Positions 24,453 through 38,183 of a DNA stretch of 64,000 nucleotides are shown here, piece by piece. Each line of letters opens with the position of its first letter. Within the stretch, counting starts at the first letter, position 1. This DNA is from Heteronotia binoei (taxonomy: Eukaryota). A model generated the notes under the pieces. That model saw only the letters and a program-made list of their open reading frames with translations. It was not told where the DNA came from and made no database searches. The stretch covers positions 60,760,001 to 60,824,000 of the forward strand of contig NC_083233.1 in the NCBI RefSeq assembly GCF_032191835.1, written 5' to 3'. Made by a program: the position numbers and the translations under genes.

Positions 24453-27400
24453 TTCACTCTTTCTCCCTAGAGTGAAGGATTTAGAAGCATTTCAAGTTTA
24501 ATTTGATCAGTGCTTGTCGTGAGAACCGTGGACAAGCCAGGAGCTCTAAGAACATGCAGTCAAAAAGAACCATGACCTAAATCAAACTGTGCCCATTTGG
24601 AAATACAATAAACATTCTGAATTGGCACAGAGCTATTGCACACATTTGTGAGAAACCTTCCTGTTTTCCAGGGAGGGGGAAGCAAGAAAGGCATCACAAG
24701 AAGATGACTCAGCAGACATATGTATAACAGGGATGTTGGGAGGATGTCTTCTAAGCATGGTGCAAGGGTCACTGGGGGTGTGTGCGGGGAGGTATTTGTG
24801 AATTTCCTACATTGTACAGAAATGACCTTGGAGGTCCCTTCCAACTCTATGATTCTAATCAGTGTAAGCGTGGATTTTGTATTTGCATAACTTTATTTCA
24901 TTCTCTAGGCAGTGGTATTGTTTGCTGATACTTCAGGCAGGCAGGAAAAAAGTCTTTCAGTAGCTATTCTGCCCTATATGGGAGGAAGGCAAAGGTATAT
25001 ACTGGTGAGTCAGAAGGGTATTAGAGACCAGGAAATGAATGTAGGTAATGTTTGTTCCTTCCCTTGAGGCATGCACCCCACCTGTCCCTGAGACTTGAGA
25101 GGGATAGAAGCAGAGACTCCACACAACAGACACACTTTACTTAGCAGACATGAGAAAGACCAGTGATGGAGAAAGACCTCAGCCGTTATCACTTTTGTTT
25201 CACTTAAGAAATGGACACAACTTGAGATACCTGCTGAAATAAACCACAGACTTCATCCAATACCATGATCATTTCTGTTTCTTTGAGATTCCTCAAGTTA
25301 GGATGGCTTTTTAACCATCACTAACATTCAGTTGGAGGACAAGGATGGCTACTGCTGTCTTATAAAAGATTCTGAGATGTAGACTATGGAAGGGACAGAT
25401 GAGGAAATCAGATAAAAATCAGGGATGCCATGAGCTTTGCCAGAAATGAGTTTGTTGGGCAAATGTACCATATTCCATGTCAGTGAACTCCTTATAAACT
25501 AGTTGGTGTCTGCATAGTCATTTTTTTTTTTGCTGGTATAGTGTATGGTTGATCTATGGGTATAATTAACAGATGATGATGATATTGGATTTATATCCCG
25601 CCCTATACTCTGAATCTCAGAGCAGTCACTATCTCCTTTACCTCCCCCCCCCCCCCCACAACAGACACCCTGTGAGGTAGGTGAGACTGAGAGGGTTCTT
25701 ACAGCAGCTGCCCTTTCAAGGACAACTCCTATGAAACTTGCAAGTGGAGGAGTGGGAAATCAAACCTGGTTCTCTCAGATAAGAGTCCGTGCACTTAACC
25801 ACTACATCAAACTGGCTCTCAGTGCTCAAACTGGACCCAGTGCTTTGGTGAACCAAATTGTTCTGATTTCAGGAGGGGCAGTGTGTGAAATGGAGCCCTG
25901 GAACACCATGCTTATGCACATTTGCGTATGTGCTGAGCCAAATGTAAAAAAAAAAAGATTTTTGGCTGCAGTGGCATAGGCAAAGTATCAGGGAATATTT
26001 TTGTTTGCAAAAAACCCACCCACACACAGAGTGTTTATTCAGAGGGCATGATAAGTTCTTTCTCAGTGGCTACCCCAAGACCAATTTTCTGAAGTACCAG
26101 GTTGTGTGGGATGTGTGAGTGAATGGGGGAGGGGAGAAAAATACTATTGATAAACAGTGATGTTGCTAACTAGTAACAGCTTGATGGTCCTTTATGAAAC
26201 TTTATGAAGTGTGCTACACACAGCATGCATACTCAGAAGCCAATCATGCACACATATGTGCTGTTGTGCTAGATGTGCAGTCCCCCAGGGGACTCAAAAA
26301 ATTCAGTCTGCAAACACTCGATCTGATTATCAGTCAATTGAGAGGATATTTGCAACTGGTGTTTGCAATGTGATCCAAATCCTCAGAAGACTCGGTGTCC
26401 CTACTAAAACCCAGTCTTCTCTGTGTTTACCCTGCCCAGATTCACCATGCATGATTGGGGTCTATTGCTGCAGCTGGCCTGCTGTTGCAGCATCTAGATA
26501 TCTTTCAACATGTTACATGTGATAATAAAGACATTCTGGCTTGTATTCCCAGCAATCTAATCTCAAAAAAGGGATCAGCGGCTGAGTCCCCCTGAACTAT
26601 GGATTGTTTTCTGACTTGAGGTGTACCGTATTTATTTACTTAGTCATACACTGTTTTGGTCTTTCATTCGTCTGGATCTCACAATTTATTTATTTATTTT
26701 TGTCTACTGTCTGTCTACTAGCAGTGGTGCTTTCCTTAGGAACAAGAAGGGTGATTTGGTTCAGGAGTTTCCTGTTGTTCAAGGGCAGGAGTGGCCAAAT
26801 TTGCTTAATGTAAGAGCCAATTAGAATAAACATCAGATGTGTGAGAGCTGCAAGACATGAATGTCAGGTTTTGAGAGCTGCAAGGCAGGCAGGCAAATAG
26901 ATGGGGGAAGGAGAGGTGGAAATAAAGTAACTTTAACTTTAAACGCATTCTCCAAGTTGCTGGCTGGCTTGGCTTGGCAAAGTGATTTAAACAGACAAAT
27001 CCCTTCTCCAAACTGACCAACGGGCTGGTGGGGGCTTTGAGAGCCACACAACATGTGTGACAGAACCACTCTACATCACCTAATTCCTGCCCTTACTACA
27101 GTCCCCATCCCATGTGGCTTTTGCCCATATAGGTCCCATAAACTCTGTCATAGCCTTGGTGGTCAAAGTCCGCTCCCCCCACCACAGCTTTTTTTTTTCC
27201 AAGTAGAAAAACTGGCTTGATCCAACCCTTCATGTTGAACTAAATTAAAAGGTGTTTGTTGTCTGATATAAAAATACTAGAAACCATAGATCTTCATGAT
27301 TTTTATATGGGGTTACCCAAAATACATTGGAAGGCTGCATATCACATCCATGTCCACATATTGCACACACAAAAAGCATGGGTCCAGTGCTTTGTGCTCT

Positions 27401-28837
27401 CTAGGAGTTGGCTTCTAATCTCACCCACCCCCTATCACTGGGGAAGGTTGAAACACAGCAAAGTTAGAGATCATTCTGAACCCACCAATCTATAACTTTA
27501 TTTTTGTTTTTCCACCTTCCCCAAATGCAGAAATGGGGAGTGGATTAGAAACCCGAGTTCAATGCTGGCGGAAGCTGGGTTTGGGTAGCTGGCTCAAGAT
27601 TGACTCAGTCTTCCATCCTTTTGAGGTTGGTCAAATGAGTCCCCAGCTTGCTGGGGGTAAAGTGTAAATGACTGCGGAAGACAATGGCAAACCACCCTGA
27701 AAAAATTCTGCCATGAAAATGTCATGATGCGACATCACCCCAATGTCAGAAATGACTGGTGCTTTACCTTTTACCTAGATAGGATTTCTAATCTACCCTT
27801 CCCATGACACTAACAGTTGGCAGTCAGTTTGAATTGGCAACATCTTTGTGCATTAAAATACCCATTGCAAACCAGTTCACCTGGCATTTGTGGCTGTTCA
27901 GTGGCAAAATTCATCTGCTGAGGCCATGTGACATTCTGCCCACAGTCAGCTTTTCTTATTGTGAGTTATGCACCAGCTCCATCTATTTCGTTGGGGACAA
28001 AGCAAGGCAACTACTTTCCTCTTTTTAAAAAGTTCTCTTCGTTTAGTGCTTTTGTTTTGGCCAGATTAGGCCCATGCCCTTTTAGGAGGTGTTCCATTTC
28101 TAGTAGAACCAATGGGAATGAAGACATTTCCAAACAAAAGACCCACTACCAAAATAAACCCCACAACTTCTTTTCAGAAAACTATAAAAGGTTGCAATAG
28201 TTAAACTTAGGCCTTAAATTCAGCAGGAGCTCACAGGAGCACAGCTCCTGAACCTTTCTGATGGTCCCCCCTCCTCCTACCTACTTTGTCCATTGAATAG
28301 TAGGTGCAGCTGCATAACAATCCCTGGACAGGGCCAAATCTTGGGGGGGGGGGGGCAGAGGCAGGTGCTTGCCCCGGGCGCCGATGGGGGGGGGGCGCCA
28401 AGTTGGGTATGGAGTCCATTGTATTCTACGGGACCATAAGACAGAATGGTCCATTAGGGGGTGCCATTTTTTAATTTTGCCCCTCCCCCTCAAAAAACAT
28501 GTAGATCCGGTCCTGTCCCTGGATGAGCTCCACCACCTATTTTTCTACAAAACGACCCCTGGTTAAACTGGTTTCAAACCTCTCTCCACTGGAAGTGCAG
28601 ACGTTCTCAGAATATTGTGCCAAGCATAATATGAGAGGGTTGCTTAAAACTTAGTGTGTGTGTGTGTGTGTGTGCATGTGGATTTGCTGTATTGATTCAC
28701 ATGCGCTTCAGAGGAGGGGCCAGGTACAGCAACAACCAATTACTTGGCAGCAAGTTTGCCTGTGCTTTAGCTATAAAAGGGTAAAGATGCAGAGGGACCT
28801 TCATCTCAAGGAGCAGAGCCCATCTGGAATTGAAAAC

Positions 28838-29372
28838 ATGACCCGGCCTTGGCTGTGCCTTCTGCTCTCCTGTTACTGGACTGGTAAGTTTCAATGCATT
28901 CTTCTCTGGGCCAACTCATGTATTTGTCCCTGCAGCTTGAAATCCTCCCAATGAACTCCGCAGCAGAATTCCCAACAAGGGTTGTATTTAAGCCAGTATA
29001 AAGGGTGCTATTTAAGCCATTCTCATTCTCTCTTTTGTCAGGTTCTCTTGCCCAGTTCTCGCTGATTCAGCCACCCTCAATTTCAGCATCTCTTGGAGGC
29101 ACAGCAAAACTCTCCTGTACGCACGGTAGTAGTGGCGGCACATTAGGAACGGTTGGCTGGTACAAGCAAACGGTTGGAAAGAGCCCAAGCTACTTACTGT
29201 TGTACAACACAGACTCGGACAAGCATCAGGGCTCTGGCGTTCCTGATCGTTTCTCTGCCTCCAAGGATTCCTCCAGGAGAAATTGCTATTTAACCATCAC
29301 CAACATTCAGGCAGAGGACGAGGGAGATTATTACTGTCTTGCATTTAGAGTCACATCAGAAGCGACTGTGTA
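28838..29372 (+). CDS. IGLV: Ig lambda V segment C (IGLV5/VpreB-like, long CDR2, extra FR3 Cys), open; leader 28838-28883, V exon 29042-29372
   Basis: MTRPWLCLLLSCYWT|G; QFSLIQPPS...LSC...WYKQ...YNTDSDKHQGSGVPDRFSASKDSSRRNCYLTI...EDEGDYYC. Confidence 0.9.
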
Positions 29373-29411
29373 CACTGAGATACAGTCCAATGAAGAAGTC
29401 AGCCAAAAACC
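29373..29411 (+). other. Degenerate 23-RSS of V-C
   Basis: CACTGAG, 23 nt, CCAAAAACC. Confidence 0.8.
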
Positions 29412-30949
29412 AACATCCTTCCTCTGTTGCCTGCCCAAGTTCCTCCTGCAGGCTTTAAAAGTGATGCTTCTTGCAGCTGCTAGTGAATAGAGGGGAAGCC
29501 AGATGGGTTTGGGAAAACCTGACCCAGTTAGCTTAAACATGTATTTATTTATTGTGTCAATTTATATTCTGCTCTCCCCCCAGTGAGTGGGCTAAGGGTG
29601 GATTACAACAATGTTGTCGGATCCCGTAGTGCTACATCAACATATCTGACATGATACATGCTATTCTGTCTTTGGTCTAATGTTGGTCTACCATTCATAT
29701 GTTTGATAGGAAAAGAAATCACCATACTTCTCCAAATTGCAACGATGGCATGCAGAGAAACACTAAAGTCATTAAGGTTTTTTTTTTCTTGGTCCTTCCT
29801 GCTCATGCATGAGATCAAACTACAGTCCTAAGTAAGCTGGCATCTAGTTGGGTCATGCTCTGTCTCTGTGCTCCTCTGCTACAACACAATGCTTCCTCCA
29901 ACCCCTGTCTAGTCTTCCCTGTTCTGCCTATAGAGCTTATATCCAGGGTTGAGTGTATTCCATATGTTTTCCCCAGGAGATATCTACTCTATTTAAATTG
30001 TGATTGAGCACCAAGTACTCCAGCTTGGCTTGGGAACTTCTGGCGCTGGCATATAAACATCTATTCTGAACTCTTTATATGAAGCAAGCTTGTTCTGCTC
30101 AAGTGATTAGAGTTTATGAAGCATCTGACCACCAGGGCACATTCAGTGCTGCAAAAGTTTTGCAGTGGAATAAAAAACTTTGTTTCCCAGACTCCCAAGA
30201 CTTCAGATATGAAGCCACAAACTGGAAAGGGGAGAATGATTGAGGAGCTGGAAACCATTTGCAAAAGGATAGCATGCAGGCCATCTGCATCTTACAAGAC
30301 CATCCCATTGATGAAGATGTTAGGCTGAGTCATCATTTCAGCTGTGCTTCATAGTGTTTACAGATGCCAAGCCTTGCTTTTAAAGTAAAAGACGCAGGAG
30401 ACATTTGCAAGAGCAAAGGAGCTGATAGGTACCCAGCCCAAGGGGGAAAAGCCAAGAAGGGTTATATAAACCCAGCCTTCCACCTGGTCTGAGACCTCTG
30501 GGCGCAACCTTGGGGTTGCAATTCAGGGGTAAGGGGGATGGTAAGCCCAGGGGAGGAGCCACCACCAGCGTTGGGGTGCGACAATGAGAATCCCAGCATC
30601 AAAGTCCAAATAGAGAGTCTTGTGGGTTCGCTGTAATTACAGTCTGTAAACCAGCTCAAAGTGGCAGACGGCTGAAGTCAATAGACAGCAAGGGCACCCC
30701 GAAGAAAGCAGCCAGAAGCAAGCAGCAAACTCTAGATAAACTCTGTTTCAGCTTTATTTCTTCTTCAAGCCACTTCTTCCTCATCTAGCTGGACCTCAAG
30801 CCTCATAGCTCCAGCGATTTCCAGGTTCTGAGATCTAAAGCTATGTAATGAAATATAATTTACCCTCCGATGCTGCATAATATAAAGACATTTTAAACTT
30901 ACCCCAAGTCTGCTATTCCAGTTATTACTCAGCAGCAAACAGTAACTGT

Positions 30950-31214
30950 GACCGTTTTCACACACAGCTTACCACGGGGTCACGTTCCTGTTCTCTCCGC
31001 AGCATCCGTCGGATTTCCCATTAACTGCCCCTAAGTTACAGGAAGTGCCGTGGCTTTTGCTTAGCAAACGTAAACCGCTAAAACCCAGTTTACGTTTGCT
31101 ACGCAAAAGCCGTGGCACTTCCTGTAACTCCGGTGCAGATAATGGGAAATCCGACCAGATGCTGCGGAGAGAACAGGAACGTGACCGCATTGTAAGCTGT
31201 GTGAGAAAACAGTC
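30950..31214. mobile_element. ~265-bp CpG-rich palindromic MITE
   Basis: GACCGTTTTCACACACAGCTTAC... pairs with ...GTAAGCTGTGTGAGAAAACAGTC over nearly the whole length. Confidence 0.85.
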
Positions 31215-31715
31215 TAAAATTTTAGCATACAGTGTCACAAAGTTCATCAACAATACTTACAATCTGATAATGTTTATACAACAAAGTGCCAGATTAGAAA
31301 GAGCTGTTTCACAAACATTGATCGAAAGAAATAAAACCTTTACACTGACACACATATTAAAGTGGTACTGCACATATCTAGAAAAAATAGGTACAACCAA
31401 CCAATACTCCCTCTAAGCTGTGGAGTCTTATGAGCAAAAATTCTACTTTGTGAGCTATTGTCAATAAAGTTGTGAGCTACTGCATAAATTGGTTTGCTCT
31501 GGGGCCATTTTTCATGAGCAAAGACAAAATGTGTGAGCTGTAGGCTAAAAAACTGTGAGCTAGCTCACACTAACTCACACTAATGCTGCCTGCTTCTGGC
31601 TGTCCCTGCTGTTTATTGTCTTCAGCTATCTGCTACTTTGAGCTGGTTTATGGTGAATCCACAGGACTCTCTATTTGGACTTTTGATGCTGGGATTCTCA
31701 TGCTGGAGAACTGGA

Positions 31716-31995
31716 GAGCCAGTTTGGTGTAGTGGTTAAGTGTGCGGACTCTTATCTGGGAGAACCGGGTTTGATTCCCCACTCCTCCACTTGCACCTGC
31801 TAGCATGGCCTTGGGTCAGCCATAGCCCTGGCAGAGGTTGTCTTTGAAAGGGCAGCTGCTGTGAGAGCCCTCTCCAGCCCCACCCACCTCACAGGGTGTC
31901 TGTTGTGGGGGAAGAAGGTAAAGGAGATTGTGAGCCGCTCTGAGCCGCTTCGGAGTGGAGGGTGGGATATAAATCCAATATCTTCTCCTTCTTAT
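31716..31995 (+). mobile_element. tRNA-derived SINE (GCCAGTTTGGTGTAGTGGTTAAG family); copies about 25583-25822(-), 34572-34790(-), 59150-59380(-), 63340-63612(+)
   Basis: Pol III A/B-box-like head, shared body, L2-like 3' tail and a TTC-repeat end. Confidence 0.85.
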
Positions 31996-33487
31996 CAAGC
32001 ATGTTTGCTGTGCTGTTAGTAATTACTGAAATTAGTTGACTAAATAACTACTGAAATAACTACAAAATAAATACTGAAATTAGTTGACTGGAATGAAACA
32101 CAGGAATGTAAATGTGTATCCTGCAAGACCATCAGATTTGTGAAGAATTCCTCTGACACAATATTTAGCACAGGCTGCTGTGGTTTGCCTATGGAACCTG
32201 TCCAGAACCCCACAGGGGAGGAGGGAGTACGGGGGACTTTGGGCAGCTGAATGGATTGAAAGCACCCCTGTGCACCTGCTCTTCTGCCTTTGGCCTGAAG
32301 GGGGAGGTGTTGCTCCATCTTCCCCACATTTCTTAGCATTAAACTATGGCAGAGCCCTGGCCCAGCCTGCACCCGATGGGGGAAGCTGTTCAAAGGAAGT
32401 GTCTTTTCTAGTCTCTCCTGTACACTGATGTGGAAGAATAAGCCCCAGCAGTCTTTGGCAGATGTGCACCTCTCTAAGCGTAGCCTTTCTGTGTGCCATT
32501 ATTCTCATTTCCTTCCTCTAAGCTAATCAGTCTGATACTCCCCGCTTTCTGCAGTTCTCAGCCCGGCAGTGTTATTTCCCCCTGTCCAGTTTTGCTTGCT
32601 CTTCAATCCAGCATCTTTATTCTTTAAGCACAGATGGCTGCCAACTGACTAGAATAAAAATAGTGCTGTAAGGAGTGCCAACTGACTAGAAACAAACTAA
32701 ATGGAGCTGTTTTTCTTCTTTTGGGCTAGCAGCTTAATTTTGTTGCATTTCAGAGCTGTTTGCAAGGATTTATTTTCAAGTGAAGACTCAGCCTAACATC
32801 TTCATCAATGGGATGGTCTTGTAAAGCTGAAATTATTTTATGAACAATTGAGGTTTTGAGGAAGGTACAGATCACATTTCCAGAGCCAGAGTCTGTGTCT
32901 TGAAATACAGATGCACGACTTTGATCCCAGCCAGCTGTGAGAGTGAAACAGTAAGAAAAACAAGAAGGGGGTAGTGCTGCCAAACTCTTGCCTGGGAACT
33001 GTTTCTTCTGCCCATTTCTACAATGAAGTTTCCATGAAACTGACCAGACCTTTTTCTGTAGGCCTGTTAACATTCTGACATGGTGTAGCTGCATGGGAAC
33101 TTCTGGAGAAAACAGGCCCCAAAAAACCAGAAGAGGCATTTCCCCACTGCATGTTCCTTCCCAGTGTGGGCTATTGGATGGCTTAAGCATTGTTCCGCTT
33201 ACTTCTAGTGCTTCCCTGCAACCTCATCCATCCTCCTATGATTAGAAAGGGAATCCCACCTTTGCTGTGGTAATGGATTTCTTTTGACGATTTCCCTGCT
33301 TAGCTTGCCCTGCTGTGAATTTTGGTAGACCTTTGTTGGGTCTTTCTTCATTCCATGAAAGGAAACCTCTCTTGTTTGACAAAAGAGCTCTTCACAGAGA
33401 TGGGTACTCTAGTCAGGGGCTTGGCTACACTCGACCGATTTGCCGAGGAGGTGTAGCCTTTTGGGAGAATCCAGTGGGCGTAGATGT

Positions 33488-33495
33488 ATTTGCAT
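33488..33495 (+). promoter_or_regulatory. Ig octamer of the V-D promoter
   Basis: ATTTGCAT ~110 bp upstream of the ATG. Confidence 0.9.
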
Positions 33496-33599
33496 GAGGG
33501 GCCTGTCTTCAGATTCTGGGAGATTTAAGAAGGAAATGGGAGGCCTTTAGCTAAACAACCTCCAACTTCACAAATCCAGACTCCTTTTGGTTTTCCACC

Positions 33600-34037
33600 A
33601 TGGCCTGGCCCCTGTTTCTCTTCACGTTCCTCAGCTATAGCTCCGGTAAAGTGAAAAAAAGAAAGCAATGCTGTCACTATGTCTGGTGAGCTCAGAAATA
33701 AAATCAAGCTCATGATTTTTCCTTTGTCTCCTTTCTTGTCAAGGTGCCAGTTCGCAGCCTACCTTGACTCAGCCTCCCTCACAGTCTGGCTCTCTTGGAC
33801 AAACAATAAAACTCTCCTGCACGGTCAGTGGTAACAAAAATCCCTTTGGCTGGCTTCAACAAACTCCTGGGCAGCCCCCTCGGTTTCTCTTCTATGGCAG
33901 CAACAGGGGAACCGGGGTTTCCAATCGGTTCAGCATTTCTGAAGCAGGCAACACTGGCTATTTAAGCATTGGTAATCTCCAGGCTGAAGATGAGGCTGCT
34001 TATTACTGTTACCTGTGGTTTACATGGGAACCGGTTC
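33600..34037 (+). CDS. IGLV: Ig lambda V segment D, open; leader 33600-33645, V exon 33744-34037
   Basis: [15 protein letters not shown]|G; QPTLTQPPS...LSC...WLQQTPG...EDEAAYYC. Confidence 0.94.
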
Positions 34038-34076
34038 CACGGTGGTAAAATCTCATGGGGAACTGAGACAAAAACC
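34038..34076 (+). other. 23-RSS of V-D
   Basis: CACGGTG, 23 nt, ACAAAAACC. Confidence 0.93.
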
Positions 34077-36770
34077 AGCACAGTTCCTTTCCAGAATGCA
34101 GAGTCAAGAATAACTGCATGGCTAAATACAATGTGAGATGCAGGATATCTGAATTGCAATGTTTAAAGAAACAGAATGTATCTACAGTTCCCCACCCCCT
34201 TCTCCAAGCAGAAGTACCGGTTTCCCAGTGCCAAGTTGATAGACATGGTCACTTATTTTCACACTTTAGCTTGCATTGCCAACCCAAAGGCACATCAAGA
34301 AATCATATTTTACGTTCAGAATCACATCAGAATATGGGAGACATATTGATTAGGCATAAAGCATATCTGTACTAGAGTTCATTTTCCATATGTAATTCCA
34401 GCTGGATTATTGAAACTTGCTTCCTGATGTTGACAGCAGCCAGCACTCTCTTGTTTGACTCTCTTGCTGCAGGAACTGTTAGATAGGATATTTCAAGAAG
34501 CAAGCAAAACGTGAGAAGAGGACAAAGGAATGTGCCATCTGGAATCTGCAAGCAAAGTTACATTTTAGAGGATATTGGATTTATATCCTGCCCTATTCTC
34601 TGAATCTCAGAGTCTCAGAGCTGTCACAATCTCCTTTACCTTCCCTCCTCCCCTCACAACAGACACCCTGTGAAGTAGGTGGGGCTGAGAGAGCTCTCAC
34701 AGAAGCTGCCCTTTCAAGGACAACTCCTATGAGAGCTATGGCTGACCCAAGGCCATTCTGGCAGCTGCAAGTGGAGGAGTGGGCAATCAAAAATGTAAGA
34801 GAGGCATCTTGAATTTGCAAGCCAAAAAACTTCTAGATGCATGTGTATTTTAAGAGAACTTTAAAATTCTGAAAAATGCAAGAGAGACATTTTCACCTCC
34901 GCTCAAGTAGCCTGAGGGGAACTTATCCAAAAAGATAGAGACAGGTCATCAGGTCAGGCACCTGGTGGATCAATTATAACTCTTTTGTATAATTATGGGT
35001 GATGTCGTTTAGGTATAAAATGACCTGCACTTCCTGTATTCCTCAGAGAACTGTTGGCTCCTGAGGGTCTTTATCCCTCTGTACAGTTTCTCTCTAATTA
35101 ATTAATTAGAGAGGTGAATAGCATCTCAATATGTGTGTCTGGGTGTCATATGAAAACACTCAGAGGGCACTTCTGTAAGCCTCCACCAAATCTGGAGGCT
35201 GCCGGTGGCAGTGAAACCCTGCCTGTTGGCACAGTGCAGAACTGACCAGGACACCTTTACCAACCTAGTGTTCTTTCCAGGGAGGCAATAAAGGGTTGCC
35301 AACTCTGGGTTGAAAAGGTGCTTGAGATTCTGAGGTGGAGATTGGGGAGCACATAGTCTGCGGAGCTGAGAGACCTCAGAGAGGTATCATACCATAGACT
35401 CCATCCTCTATTTTCTGTAGGGGATTCTCTGGAGGTCATTTGTAATTCTGGAAGACCACAGGGCTGGCAAACCTAAGGCAGGATGTGGTGATTCACTTCC
35501 CGTAGCCCCCCTAAAGGCTCAGTCTGGGCAAGTGTTCCCAGGATGAACTTTCCAAGGACTTTGGCTTTTATATTCAAGTGCAATGAGCTGTCCATGGTCC
35601 TGATAATCAAGGGATGCCTTTTATTCTTGGTTGGCTTGCGGATTCTTCCTAAGACCCCAGAAAAGCCTGTTCACTCACAGAAGCGAAAGCAAATTACTTC
35701 CCTTGGTCCCCTGCAAGGCCTCATTATTGGTTTTTGGTGTTGCCTGCCTATTGGGGTAAGACAAAAATACTTCAGTACTGTTACTCCTTATTTCCCCTGC
35801 ATTATAGTGGACATAGGAGCCTGCTTGAATGCACCTCCAGGGAACACAGTTCTTGAGCACTCCAGATATGTGGCTGTATGAAAAGCCCTCTCAAAGACAG
35901 CAAGGCAGAACAGCAGGGATTGGTGGAAAACGAGAAACTTCTGATTGGCCAGTTATTCTTGTGCCTTCTTCTGTATCTTCTCATTCCATTTTCCTGGGCA
36001 GTGGAAGGCAGGAGGATCTGGTGCAGAGACTCAGCATAAATAGACCCATGCATCAGCACTGAGAATAATTGTTTGAACTCCCAGAGATGTAAACTTTAAT
36101 GATTCATGGAATAAGCATTAGTAGGAACTTAGATTCCTTGTTGTGTTGTTAGTTATAGTGTGATATTTAAAATACATTAAAGACTCTGTATGTTGCAATG
36201 GAATAATTAAGATGCACACACAAAGACATGCAGTATTTTTTTTTTTAAAAAAAAACCCTAAGTGTCCATAGTGATTAGCATAAATATTAAAATTTATATT
36301 ATTACCCTTTGGAAGATGTTGAGGATTGTAGATAATTTTGAACTGTTTTCAAAACTCCTGATTAATGATCTTATTTTGGTCAGTTGCTTTGAATGAAGAC
36401 CCTGACTTCCATACACACTCAGTCCAGTGAAAATTTGGCAGTGGGACAAAAACTGGATTTCCTAAAATCCAAGATTTCAGATATCAAATTTCAGATATCA
36501 AACTGGGAAAGTGGAAAAGCTGACATTTTGTTCTTTATTTATTTAAAACATTTTTAGACTTCCACCCTTGTGGAACTCAAAATGGCTTACACTATAAATA
36601 AAGTATTTATAATAGAAAAACAAACACAATAAAAACAACCATGAGAAAACCCCTAAAAGTACCTGCATTTTCATTCAGGATTGACTTAGAATCTTAAAAT
36701 CACAGAGATGGAAGAGCCCTTACAGGTCATCTAGTCCAACCCCCTGTGCAATGCAGTTATCAGCCTAGAG

Positions 36771-36905
36771 CAGGGGTGGCCAACGGTAGCTCTCCAGATG
36801 TTTTTTGCCTACAACTCCCATCAGCCCCAGCCAGCATGGCCAGTGGCTGGGGCTGATGGAAGTTGTAGGCAAAAAAATCTGGAGAGCTACCATTGGCCAC
36901 CCCTG
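36771..36905. mobile_element. hAT-type hairpin MITE (CAGGGGTGGCCAA family); another copy at 22895-23030
   Basis: Palindromic body with a perfect 8-bp TSD GCCTAGAG. Confidence 0.9.
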
Positions 36906-38072
36906 GCCTAGAGTATCTGAAAAGCTGACATGTTGCCTAGAACTTCTGAAAAGCTGGCATGTAAGCGCAGGAATATAAATTTGCATGCTGCAAGACCATC
37001 AGATTTGTGAAGAATTCCTCTGACACAACATTTAGCATAGGCTGCTGTGCTTTGTCCATGGAACCTGTCCAGAGCCCCACTGGGGAGGAGGGATGAGGAC
37101 AGGGTTCTTGGGGCAACTGAATGGATTGAGAACAGCCCTGTTCACCTGCCTTTCTGCCTTTGGCCTGAAGGGGGAGGTGTTGCTCCATCTTCCTCACATT
37201 TCTTAGCATTAAATTATAGCAGAACTCAGGCCCAGCCTACACCTGGAGGGAGGAAGCTGTTCAAAGGAAGTGTCTCTTCTAGTCTCTCCTGATGCAGAAG
37301 AATAAGCCCCAGCAGTCCTTGGCAGATGTGCATTTCTCTAAGCCCAGCCTTTCTGTGTGCCATTATTCCCAATTCCTTCACCCTCCCTCAGTCTGATACT
37401 CCCTGCTTTCTGCTGCCCTCAGACTAGTGGTGTTATTTCCCCAGTCCAGTTTTGCTTGCTCTGCATTTCCCACCTTCCCTTCAATCCAGTTTCTTTAGTC
37501 TCTGAGCACAGAAGGATGCCAACTGGCTTGAATAAAAATAGCGATATAAGTATCCCCCCCTCCAGTTTTGGACTAGCCAGTTGAATTTCTCTGTCATTTT
37601 TTGCAAGACACAGATCAAATGTACAGGGCCGAAACATGTGGCTCGTCAACACTAAAACTACTTTTGCTGCTGCTGGTTGTGAGACTGGGAGGGCAAGGTG
37701 AGAACCGCAAGGATTGCCAGCTGCCTGGTGAACGAAATGCTCTCTCTTTCCATAGAGCCTGAATGGGCTGTCCTTGACCAGGTGATGGTAGTTCCTGCCA
37801 TGCCACGAAAAGTTTCAAGGGACAGGGCATTTTTCTCCAGGCCTGCTGGCATCCCTACCATGGTCTACAGGAATTACAGGAGAAAAACTGGCTGGAAAAA
37901 AAAGTAACGCCCCCCCCCCCCCCCCGTAAATTCTTTCAGATTGTTGGATATTGGATGGATTAAGCATTCTTGCTGTTACTCAGATGGGTTATCTAGTCAT
38001 GGGCTTGGCTGCAGTGGGCTGTCTCTCCAGAGGAGGTGTGACCTTTCAGGAGAAACCGGTGGGCGTGGATGT

Positions 38073-38080
38073 ATTTGCAT
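38073..38080 (+). promoter_or_regulatory. Ig octamer of the V-E promoter
   Basis: ATTTGCAT ~110 bp upstream of the ATG. Confidence 0.9.
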
Positions 38081-38183
38081 GAGCAGCCCTTCTTTAGGTT
38101 CTGGGGGGTTAAAGAAAGAAATGAGAGGGCTTCGCTAGACCACTTCTAGCTTCACAAATTCAAACTCCTTTTGGTTTCCCACC

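Noticed and set aside
35090-35113. Perfect 24-bp palindrome CTCTCTAATTAATTAATTAGAGAG
   Set aside because: Low complexity and a single occurrence.
32040-37292. Paired similar ORFs at 32040-32428 and 36937-37292
   Set aside because: Non-coding flank copied in the V-D/V-E duplication; the frames and stops are not conserved.
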